Below are positions 48,241 through 56,889 of a stretch of 64,000 nt of DNA, piece by piece. The stretch lies in the NCBI GenBank assembly GCA_965223845.1, contig CBDCXR010000004.1, positions 6,592,001-6,656,000 of the forward strand. Reading direction: 5' to 3'. Both the position numbers and the translations under genes were made by a program. Numbering within the stretch: position 1 is the first letter of the stretch; each line of letters starts with the position of its first letter. The DNA is from Planctomycetota bacterium (GTDB taxonomy: Bacteria > Planctomycetota > UBA8108 > SXIK01). The notes under the pieces are model-generated. The model did not search any database. It was not told where the DNA came from and was given only the letters and a program-made list of their open reading frames with translations.

Positions 48241-49131
48241 ATGTCTCCCATGTACGACATGTCAAAAGCGAGCGAGGCGGGCGCTGCGCCGCCGATTCCG
48301 AACGACCTCACCGATGCCGGCCCGGTCACCGAAGTGTCCGAGAGCGGCAGCGACCCCGCCGAGAACTTCGACAACGCAACACCCGCGCTCGTCGTGAAGT
48401 CGCTGTCGCTCTGGTACGAGCGGGCGCAGGCCCTCTTCGACGTGTCGCTCGAGATCCCCGAACGCCGCATCACGGCGTTCATCGGTCCTTCGGGCTGCGG
48501 CAAGTCCACGCTTCTGCGGTGCTTCAATCGTCTGAACGATCTCATCCCGGGGGTTCGCATCGAAGGGGACATCGAGCTCTACGGCGCGAGCCTGCTCGAT
48601 CCGTCCGTCGATGTGACGGCGCTCCGCCAGCACATCGGCATGCTCTTTCAAAAATCGAACCCGTTCCCGATGTCGATCTACGAAAACGTCGCCTACGGGT
48701 GCCGCATCCTCGGGATGAAGGACCGGCGAGAGTTCGACGAGATCGTCGAGCGGAGCCTCCGCGGTGCGGCCCTCTGGGACGAGGTGAAGGATCGAATGAA
48801 GGAGTCGGCGATGGGACTTTCGGGCGGGCAGCAGCAGCGACTCTGCATCGCGCGGGCGATCGCCGTGGAGCCGGAAGTGATCCTTCTCGACGAGCCGTGC
48901 TCGGCGCTCGATCCGATCGCGACGATGAAGATCGAGGACCTGATGCAGGACCTGAAGAAGAAGTACACGCTGGTCATCGTGACCCACAACATGCAGCAGG
49001 CGTCACGCGTTTCGGACTACACGGCGTTCATGTACCTCGGAAAGCTCGTCGAGGTGGGGCCGACGGAGAAGATGTTCGTGAAACCGGAGAACGAGCAGAC
49101 TCGGGATTACATCTCGGGGCGCTTCGGGTAG
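48241..49131 (+). CDS. pstB: Phosphate ABC ATPase PstB
   Basis: [63 protein letters not shown]. Confidence 0.97.
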   Translation: MSPMYDMSKASEAGAAPPIPNDLTDAGPVTEVSESGSDPAENFDNATPALVVKSLSLWYERAQALFDVSLEIPERRITAFIGPSGCGKSTLLRCFNRLNDLIPGVRIEGDIELYGASLLDPSVDVTALRQHIGMLFQKSNPFPMSIYENVAYGCRILGMKDRREFDEIVERSLRGAALWDEVKDRMKESAMGLSGGQQQRLCIARAIAVEPEVILLDEPCSALDPIATMKIEDLMQDLKKKYTLVIVTHNMQQASRVSDYTAFMYLGKLVEVGPTEKMFVKPENEQTRDYISGRFG

Positions 49132-49148
49132 GAGGGAGAGAGAACCGG

Positions 49149-49372
49149 TTCACACGAAGTGCGCGAAGGGGACGCGAAGGAAGACGAAGGAGAGAGGGAA
49201 TAGAGGATGTGAGATTGAGTGTGTCGGAGATTCTACGTCTCACTCGACGTTCGTCGTCTCCGTCGATTTGCTGGTTGGGCCGCTGCCCTCTCGTTCGCAT
49301 CGCTCTTCTCTCTCCGCCTTCTACAAATCAACGATTTCCTCTGCTTCCTCTTCCTTCGCGCACTTCGTGTGA
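49149..49372. repeat. Long inverted-repeat element family A, copy 5
   Basis: Full left arm 49149-49190; right arm 49353-49372 pairs perfectly over 20 bp (TCACACGAAGTGCGCGAAGG) and lacks one internal unit; between convergent genes. Confidence 0.88.
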
Positions 49373-49397
49373 GTCTCTTTCCCTTCCGAATCACGCT

Positions 49398-52364
49398 TCA
49401 GCATCCCACTTCCCCACCCGGAGCCGCCCCCTCGCCAAACAGGAAGTTGAGCACCCGCAGCGCGTCCCCCAGCTCGAGGCTTCCCGACCCGTCCGTGTCG
49501 CAAGCCTCGCGACATCCCGGTGCGCCTCCTCCGCCGTAGAGGTGGAAGATGAGGTGCACCGCGTCGGCGATGTTGAGCCGCCCGTTCGCGTCGCAATCGC
49601 CGCGGAGGAAGCGATCCCCCGGGACGCTCGACGCATCGGCGGGATCCGTCCCGGCGTCGATCTCGTCACCGTCAAACGCTCCGTCACCGTCGCGGTCGAG
49701 CCCGAAGCGTGTCCCCATCGTTCGCGGCACGATCGTGAAGGTCATCACCGCATCGTTTCGCTCGATCGCGCTCAGTAGGTCGACGTCGGTCAGGCTCTCC
49801 GTCGCCCGGTCCGCTTGAAATCGTCCTTCCGGCGTGAGGACGAATCCGCGTTCTTCGCTTGCGAATCGACCGCGCGCGACGAGCTCGCCGTCCCCGGCGC
49901 CGGCGCGAAGGCGGAGAAGCTCGTAACGCGTTCGGCGCTCCGCGATCGTGTCGGCCCGGAGGGTGATCTGCTGCCCGACGATCGGCGCGAGACCGGTCGG
50001 GAACTCGAGCATGTAGGCTTCGAGCTCGCGCGCTTTTTGATCTCCGCTCCGTCCGCCGATTCCGTCCGGGAACGTGAAATCGCCGAGCGCATTTCGGAAG
50101 AAGTTGTAGATCGTCGGCATGGCGCCGTCATTCAGGAACCCGAACCCGCGCACTTGATCACCGAGGTGCGGCGTCGGAACGGGAGTGAAGAGGAGGGGTT
50201 CCTCACTCACGACGTCCGGCATCGAGAAGCCGAACATGCCGACCTTCTGGTAGAGCGCGCGGAGGTGGGGGACTTTGAAATCCTGCGGCAGCGCGATGAA
50301 CGCGCCCTTGCCGTCGGCTCCGTCGGCCCCGGGGTGGCACTGTGCGCAGGCCGTACCGTCTCCACCGAGTCCGGTTCGACTGCCCGGACCGTCGAAGATC
50401 TCTTTTCCCGCTACGGCCACGGGGCTGAACGATCCGCCGAGTGGCGCGATCGGGTTGGGGCCGAGACGGATCGGCAGCACGAAGTCGGCGAGTTGCTCCA
50501 TCGTCTCGTCCGGAAGCGGCTCTCGGCGCCCGAGGAGTCGCTCGAAGGTCGGCTTGAACGACAAGAAGCTCTTTCGAGTGTCGAGCGGGTCGTCTTCGCC
50601 GCCATTCTGATCGCCGCGCCAGTGTAGGCTTCCCGCGCCGTCGAGGCCGCGGAAGCTCAGCGTCGTCATCGGCCCCTTGAGCGGATGGAAGGGCGCGAGA
50701 GTCGTCCCCGCCTGCGGGAGGACGGGCGGAACGACATTCGCCTCGATCGCACCCTCGGGATCGCCGAGGTTCCACGCGAGAGCGTCGATATCGCCAAAGA
50801 TGTGACAGCTCGCGCACGAAGAGTCGGCGTGAGCCGACTGCCGCGTATCGTAGAGGACGGCGCGGCCCGTGCGAATCGCCGCCGGCTCGGGGTCGTGTCC
50901 GATCGGGATGGCCGTTACCGCTCGGCGAGCTTCCGTGTCGACAACGGAGATCGTGTGGTCGACGCGATCGAAGACGTAGAGACGCGCGCGTTCGGGGTCG
51001 AGGGCGAGGCCCGAGGGTCCCTTTCCGACGGCGATGCGATCGATGACGGCGCCGCTCGAATCGATCACCGCAACGCGATCCGATCCCATCGCGGCGATAT
51101 ACGCTCGCTCTCCAGACGGATCGAACAGGATCTCGGTCGGGAGGGCGAGGGCCTGGGCGCGAAGCTCGTCCGTGCTTTCGCGAGTGCGGTCGATCTGCGG
51201 GTTGAGGTCGACCGCGCGGATCGTTTCGCTCGCCGTTCGCGGATCGATGATCGAAACTCGGTTGTCGACGATGTGGCCTTCGAGCCGCGTGAGAAAGGGC
51301 GTCGCGTTCCGCGACTCGAGGTTCGTCGCGAAGACCCGACCCGTCGCCGGATCGACCGCGAGACCGAAGATCGTCGTCCCGACCGAACTCACCCGCGCGG
51401 TCTCGCGGGGCGGTGTCGTGGTCGCGTCGATCTCGAAGACGTCGTAGTCGGGGAGATCGAACCGGATGCGCGGCGACCAATCCCGGCCGTCTGCGTCGAG
51501 CCATCTCGAGCCGTCGAAGCGGACGATGATCCCCGTCTCGGGTGGCTGATCCCCGGGAGGACCCTGGTACTCGCGGGGCGGAGGAAGCGATCCCGGCGCC
51601 GAGAAGCCGTCGTCGATGAGCCGGTCGGCATCGAGCGAGCGGGAAGCGGCGACGAAGTGGATGCTCGTCGTCTGATTGCCCGAAAGAAACGCGGCGGCAT
51701 AGACGCGCCGGCCGTCGGGACTCACCGCGAGAGCGCGCGGAGTATCCGCGAATAGACTCAGAATTGTCGGTTCGGTGCTCGGATCCGAGACTTCGAAGAC
51801 CCACACGTCCGCGCGGCCGACGCCGGGTGTCGTGAGCTCCGGATCTCCCGGGCGGTTCTGTCCGCGGTGCGCCGCGGTGATGAACGCGCGCTCACGCGCG
51901 GCGCCCGCGAAAACGATGTCGCGCGGTTCGTCACCGACGAGGAGCGTCTCGCGCACGAACGGACGCTGCGGATCGCGGACGTCGACGATCGAGACGCTGT
52001 CGGAGAGATGATTGACGACCCAGAGCTCGCCGTCGCGCGCCGCAATCGCGACCGGCTCGAGCCCGACGGCGACGGACGCGATGCGGGTGAAGTCGGACGC
52101 GTTCTCGCGCGCGCCGGAGAGCCGGAAGATCTCGACGTGGTGGTCGGAGATGTTCGCGGCAAAGAGGAGATCGCCTCCCGGAGAGAGAGCGATCGGGCGC
52201 ACGGGGCCCGACTCGAAGTGCACGAATCCAGCGTCGTCGCTTGCGCCGTCTGCGATCGCGAACGACGCCAGCACGCTCGCGATCGCGACGATCCCGAGCG
52301 AGCCTTTGATCCGGATCGGCGCGTCTTGCCGCTGGTGAATTCTTGTTGTTCTCGCGCTACTCAT
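49398..52364 (-). CDS. Secreted YVTN-type beta-propeller + di-heme cytochrome c (peroxidase-like) protein with C-terminal dockerin-like domain
   Basis: ATG 52364 overlaps the upstream stop (ATGA); propeller motifs VGLEPVAI...WVVNHLSDSVSIVD and VGKGPSGLALD; two CxxCH (CASCH, CAQCH); FLRGDCDANGRLNIADAV. Confidence 0.88.
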   Translation of the reverse strand: MSSARTTRIHQRQDAPIRIKGSLGIVAIASVLASFAIADGASDDAGFVHFESGPVRPIALSPGGDLLFAANISDHHVEIFRLSGARENASDFTRIASVAVGLEPVAIAARDGELWVVNHLSDSVSIVDVRDPQRPFVRETLLVGDEPRDIVFAGAARERAFITAAHRGQNRPGDPELTTPGVGRADVWVFEVSDPSTEPTILSLFADTPRALAVSPDGRRVYAAAFLSGNQTTSIHFVAASRSLDADRLIDDGFSAPGSLPPPREYQGPPGDQPPETGIIVRFDGSRWLDADGRDWSPRIRFDLPDYDVFEIDATTTPPRETARVSSVGTTIFGLAVDPATGRVFATNLESRNATPFLTRLEGHIVDNRVSIIDPRTASETIRAVDLNPQIDRTRESTDELRAQALALPTEILFDPSGERAYIAAMGSDRVAVIDSSGAVIDRIAVGKGPSGLALDPERARLYVFDRVDHTISVVDTEARRAVTAIPIGHDPEPAAIRTGRAVLYDTRQSAHADSSCASCHIFGDIDALAWNLGDPEGAIEANVVPPVLPQAGTTLAPFHPLKGPMTTLSFRGLDGAGSLHWRGDQNGGEDDPLDTRKSFLSFKPTFERLLGRREPLPDETMEQLADFVLPIRLGPNPIAPLGGSFSPVAVAGKEIFDGPGSRTGLGGDGTACAQCHPGADGADGKGAFIALPQDFKVPHLRALYQKVGMFGFSMPDVVSEEPLLFTPVPTPHLGDQVRGFGFLNDGAMPTIYNFFRNALGDFTFPDGIGGRSGDQKARELEAYMLEFPTGLAPIVGQQITLRADTIAERRTRYELLRLRAGAGDGELVARGRFASEERGFVLTPEGRFQADRATESLTDVDLLSAIERNDAVMTFTIVPRTMGTRFGLDRDGDGAFDGDEIDAGTDPADASSVPGDRFLRGDCDANGRLNIADAVHLIFHLYGGGGAPGCREACDTDGSGSLELGDALRVLNFLFGEGAAPGGEVGC

Positions 52365-55300
52365 CCCTCGCATCCCGGAAAGATCCCGCACGCGAGCTCG
52401 GCGTCGGGAAGCACGGCATCGCACTCGTCGAACGGCGGCGGGGGAGGCATCCCGTCCCCGAAGAGGTAGTTCAAGTGGTAGATCGGATCGGCGATGTTGA
52501 GCGCGTCGTCCGCATTGGTGTCCGCGGAGGCCGCGCAGTCGAGCGTCGTCTCGTCCGCGAAGAGGAATCCCAACACGAAGATCGGGTCGGCGATGTTGCT
52601 ATCGCCGTCGATGTTCGCATCGCCGCGACGAAACTTCGACGAAACGAACTCGAGCGCCCCCATGTCGACTGCGGGCCCGAGGATGCGCGGTCGACCGTCG
52701 AGATCGATCGTGGTCGGGACGGGCTCCGAGCCTGAATCGATCGCGGGTGACCCGGCCCGGAGGCGGTAGTCGCCCGCTACCCAAACGACGCCCTCGCCTT
52801 CGCCCGGCCGACGGAACATCGGATCGGCGTCGAGGACCTCGGTGATCTCCGCGTGCCCGGGAAGCACTCCTTCGACGATCGAGTGCGACACGCGGGTGAA
52901 CCCGACGGGTTGCTCCTCGTTTCTCTCGTGCACGATGCCCTTCCCCACGCCGTTACCCGAGACGACGGAGTTCCGCACGGTCAGCTCGGACTGCCAGACG
53001 TGGACAGCCGACGTATCGTCGCCGGCTTGATCCCCGTTGTTCTCTGTGATCGTGCAGCCGACGAGGTCGACGCGGAGCTCGCCACCGACCAGCGCGCTAC
53101 CGGAATAGCCGTGATTCCCGGCGATGATCGAGTCCCAGATCGTAAAGGACGAGTTGTAGCTCTGAATCCCCGATAGCCCGTTCGCGACGATTCGACTGCC
53201 GACGATCTTGAGGTCGTCGCCCTGTGACGAGAAGATCCCGTTCACGAAATTGCGCTCGATGCGGCAAGCCGTGAGCTCGGCCTTGACCGATCCGGCCGAG
53301 TAGAAGCCTCCGCCGAAGCGCCTTCCGTGACCCCCCACGAAGCCGCGGGAGCGGGAGAGGACCGAGCGCTCGATCACGACCTTCGCGTCCTCCCAGCAGG
53401 TCACGCCGTTCTGCTCGTTCTCGTCGATGATCGCGTCCGCGATGCGCACCTCGGACTTGGGCCCGCAGACGATCCCGGAACTGGCGTGCCTGACCACGAC
53501 GACGCGCTCGACGTTCGATGCAGAATCCGCGGACACGAAGATGCCGATGCCGTCGCTGCCCTCGACTCGAAGGTCGGAAACGTTTCCCCGAACGTCGACG
53601 AGCCGTCCGGAGATCGTGCTGCTCGAGGGACCCGATCCGGCGAGGCTCACGCCGGGTCCGAGAAGAAAGGTGCCGACGTACGTTCCCGGAGCGAGGTGGA
53701 TCGTGCGGTTCGGCGCGCTCGGAGCCGAACAGGTGGGAAACGGTGCACCCATGTCGCCTGCGTCACGCCCGGTGCCGAGGCACGGCGATTCCTGCGAGAG
53801 GGCGAAGCTCGGATCGACCGCGCGATCGAGCGTCTGGTACGGCCGGTCTCGCGTTCCGTCGCCCCCGGGCTCGACGTCGGCATCCACCCAGACCGCCGCG
53901 GATTCACCAAACCCACAGAATCTCGGATCGAGGTTTATGTTTCCTTCGCCCGCGGGCGGCTCACCCTCGACGCACGAGAACGACACCTCGACCGGATTCT
54001 CTTCGAGCGCACCCGCGAGGCCGCCGGCCGAATTGTCCCAGAGGATGCTGCTCTGAATCTGCGCCGGACCGCCCACCCAGACGCCGCAGCCGAAGACTCC
54101 GAAATTGTGCGCGATCGTCGTGCGATCGATCCAAAGTTGGGTGCCATGTGTGGTCACCGCGCATCCGTCGTTGGCTACGAGCAGCGATCGGGAGACGTCG
54201 GCGCTGCCGTCGACGAAGTTGAGCCCACCCGCATTTCGCTCGATCCGCGAGTCCTCGATTTCGATCTCTGCGCCTCGAGAGGCGAGGCCGATTCCGTTGT
54301 TGCCGCGGATCGTGACGTTTGCGAACGACGGTTTGGAGCCGATCTCGCAGAACGCTCCTCCGAACGCTCCTTCCGTGATGAGAGAGTCCTCGATCAGTGG
54401 CTCGGACTCGACGCCACACTGGAGAGCGTAGGGAAAGCCTCCCCGCAGTGTGCACGCCGTAATGACGGGGGCCGCGCCGCGCGCGACGTAGACGTGTCCT
54501 TCGACTGTGACGTCGCGCACGACGGCATCCGCCCGTACGTCGCGAAGGTCTCCGGCGATGGTCGTGCGCGACGCTCCCGCACCCGCGATCGAGAGCGGGG
54601 CGGGAAGCGCGGCGACGATCTCGTACCGACCACTCGCCAGATGAAGCGCGGCGCTACTCGGGCCCGGTTCGTCGCACGAGGTCCCCGGCCAGCCTCGATC
54701 CGCGCCGTTCTCGCCGGTCGCTCGACACGGTGAGTTCGGTGCGAGCGCCCAGTCGTAGGCGCTATCGAGACGGAGAGCGCGAAACGGCCGATCGGCAGTA
54801 CCGTCGCCGCCGGCGGCGGCGCCCGCGTCGACGTAGAAATCGCCGCGTGCCCAACCGCAGAAGAGTGGATCGACGGAGATGTTGTTCTGGCCTCGGTCGA
54901 CGAAGGGCTCGGGCAGGCAGGAGAAATCGACGAGGAGTTGACCGTCGCCGTGGATCAAGATCTCCTCGTCCGCGGAGTTCGCCCACACGACCGAGTCGCG
55001 AAGTGAAACTTGCCCGCCGTTGATCCGCAAACCGATCGACGAATTTCCCGCGATGGTGACGCCTCGCGCGTTCACGCTGCTAGCATTGTCGACGACGAAG
55101 ATGCCCGCGGCGCCTGCGGAGGACACGTTCGCGGCGACCAAGCAGTCCGCGATCTCCGCCCGGGTGGCGATCAGATAGATTCCGGCACCGAAAAAGCCGT
55201 CGGTTAAGTTCGCTAGCACGCGGCAACTTCTGATCTCGACGCGCATCGATCTCATGAACAAGCCACCGGTTCCGCGGCAGCGAACGACATCGACGTTCTC

Positions 55301-56767
55301 GAGCGCCGAGGATGCGTCGGGCAAGGTCGGTTCGTCGGCCCAGATCCCTCCAGCCGGACCAACCTCGATCGTGACGTCGCGGACGGAGGAACCCGGCCGT
55401 AGGCCGACGAGCGTACCTTGGACGGTGGTTTGATCGCGCCCTGCTCCGTGTAGAGTCACGTTCCGGTGGAGCGGAAGAACCGCGGCGGCGTAGCGCCCCG
55501 GTGCGGCGATCAGGGTCGTGCGATCCGGACCCTTCTCCGCGCATCCGGGGACGTCCGCTCCGATCGGACCACCGTCGCCGCCGGCCGTCATGCAAGGCGA
55601 CGCGGCCGAGAGGCCGTAGTCGTACCGAAGCGCCTCGCCGATCGAAGCGAACGGACGCTCGGCAGATCCGTCGCCATCCGGTGGAGCACCGGCGGAAACG
55701 TAACGGGTGTCGCCGCCCCAAGCGCAGAAAAGCGGATCTGTATCGATGACCGTTTCGGCGAACTCTAGCTCGTAGTCTTCGAGGCAGGAGTGCTTGACGT
55801 CGATCAGCCCATCGAGGCGCCACGAACCGCGCCACAGATTTCCCCAGACGATCGAGTTCGTGAGCTCTCCCCCCCCGCTCATTCTGAGCGGCTGCTCGAA
55901 GAGATGGTTCCCGGCGAGCGTGAGCCGGTCGACGGAGATGCTTTGTTCTCCGTACATGTCGATTCCGTGGCCACGACTGAAGTTGTCCGCGACGAGGCAG
56001 TTCGAGATCGAGACGACGCGATCGTAGAGACCGACGAGAGATCCCCACTGCTGATTCTGGTTCGCGATGATCCGCACGCCGTCGATCGTCACGTCGGAGT
56101 TGGTCGAGTAGATCGCGACGAAGGAGTCAGCGATGTTGCCCCTGAGCTCCGTGTCGACGAGCTCGAGGGTGGCGTTCTCCAAATGAAAGCCTCCGCCGAT
56201 GCGGAACGTACTCCCACTCGAGCGCGTCAAATTCTCGACGACGAGACACTTCGAGACGCGCACGGCCGAACGATCGCGAATGAGAAACCCACCGCCTGCG
56301 CGCTGCGTGCGGACGCCGCGTCCACCGACGGTTCTCGTGAGTCTCCCTTGGCCCTCGCGGACCGTAAAGCCCTCGACCACGCTCCGGATCGATTCTCCGC
56401 GCTCGAACACGAAGACACTCGACTCGTCGGGATCGTCGGGCGTCTCGCTCATCCGAATGATCGTCGCCTCTGCACCCGTTTCGGAACGGAGCTCGAGATC
56501 TTTGCGCGGAGGCGACGTGTCGTCGCCCGGAACGTGCAGGCGATTGAAGTTGAGCGGCGCCGAGATCGCGTACTCGCCTGGAGCGACGAGCACGGTGTCC
56601 CCGTCCGCGGCGACGTCGAGCGCCTCTTGAATCGTCGGGCGATCGGCGGGTACGCGGATGACATCTCCCGCCGCGCGACCCGGGCTCATCGTGACGACGA
56701 TGGCGGCGAGAAGCACCGCGGGCAGAGAAATGCGGAGTGGCTCGGAAACGATTCGGTTTGCTCCCAC
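52361..56767 (-). CDS. Giant right-handed beta-helix (pectin-lyase fold) repeat protein with C-terminal dockerin, paralog C
   Basis: Signal peptide; IRVPADRPTIQEALD...TVLVAPGEY cap; four beta-helix blocks separated by DP.FC...GDG...P[FY]...SPC junctions; choice-of-anchor-Q-like DYRLRAGSPAIDSG...VDMGALE; FRRGDANIDG. Confidence 0.9.
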   Translation of the reverse strand: MGANRIVSEPLRISLPAVLLAAIVVTMSPGRAAGDVIRVPADRPTIQEALDVAADGDTVLVAPGEYAISAPLNFNRLHVPGDDTSPPRKDLELRSETGAEATIIRMSETPDDPDESSVFVFERGESIRSVVEGFTVREGQGRLTRTVGGRGVRTQRAGGGFLIRDRSAVRVSKCLVVENLTRSSGSTFRIGGGFHLENATLELVDTELRGNIADSFVAIYSTNSDVTIDGVRIIANQNQQWGSLVGLYDRVVSISNCLVADNFSRGHGIDMYGEQSISVDRLTLAGNHLFEQPLRMSGGGELTNSIVWGNLWRGSWRLDGLIDVKHSCLEDYELEFAETVIDTDPLFCAWGGDTRYVSAGAPPDGDGSAERPFASIGEALRYDYGLSAASPCMTAGGDGGPIGADVPGCAEKGPDRTTLIAAPGRYAAAVLPLHRNVTLHGAGRDQTTVQGTLVGLRPGSSVRDVTIEVGPAGGIWADEPTLPDASSALENVDVVRCRGTGGLFMRSMRVEIRSCRVLANLTDGFFGAGIYLIATRAEIADCLVAANVSSAGAAGIFVVDNASSVNARGVTIAGNSSIGLRINGGQVSLRDSVVWANSADEEILIHGDGQLLVDFSCLPEPFVDRGQNNISVDPLFCGWARGDFYVDAGAAAGGDGTADRPFRALRLDSAYDWALAPNSPCRATGENGADRGWPGTSCDEPGPSSAALHLASGRYEIVAALPAPLSIAGAGASRTTIAGDLRDVRADAVVRDVTVEGHVYVARGAAPVITACTLRGGFPYALQCGVESEPLIEDSLITEGAFGGAFCEIGSKPSFANVTIRGNNGIGLASRGAEIEIEDSRIERNAGGLNFVDGSADVSRSLLVANDGCAVTTHGTQLWIDRTTIAHNFGVFGCGVWVGGPAQIQSSILWDNSAGGLAGALEENPVEVSFSCVEGEPPAGEGNINLDPRFCGFGESAAVWVDADVEPGGDGTRDRPYQTLDRAVDPSFALSQESPCLGTGRDAGDMGAPFPTCSAPSAPNRTIHLAPGTYVGTFLLGPGVSLAGSGPSSSTISGRLVDVRGNVSDLRVEGSDGIGIFVSADSASNVERVVVVRHASSGIVCGPKSEVRIADAIIDENEQNGVTCWEDAKVVIERSVLSRSRGFVGGHGRRFGGGFYSAGSVKAELTACRIERNFVNGIFSSQGDDLKIVGSRIVANGLSGIQSYNSSFTIWDSIIAGNHGYSGSALVGGELRVDLVGCTITENNGDQAGDDTSAVHVWQSELTVRNSVVSGNGVGKGIVHERNEEQPVGFTRVSHSIVEGVLPGHAEITEVLDADPMFRRPGEGEGVVWVAGDYRLRAGSPAIDSGSEPVPTTIDLDGRPRILGPAVDMGALEFVSSKFRRGDANIDGDSNIADPIFVLGFLFADETTLDCAASADTNADDALNIADPIYHLNYLFGDGMPPPPPFDECDAVLPDAELACGIFPGCEG

Positions 56768-56889
56768 GGGACTTCCCCAGATTCCCTGCCGCTGGTCTAG
56801 CCTGTCGACGCGCTGAGCGATCGAACGTCACACCCGTCCGCACGCCCCGAGGATGCTTTCCATTCTCAACGTTCTCGACGGCGCGAGCA

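Noticed and set aside
8153-49372. CGAAG-periodic repeats as a CRISPR array
   Set aside because: The repeats are inverted pairs dispersed kilobases apart, not direct repeats with regular spacers; no cas genes present.
49398-52364. Anammox hydrazine synthase or cd1 nitrite reductase assignment for the propeller-cytochrome
   Set aside because: Domain order, the dockerin tail and the absence of partner subunits or heme d1 genes do not fit.
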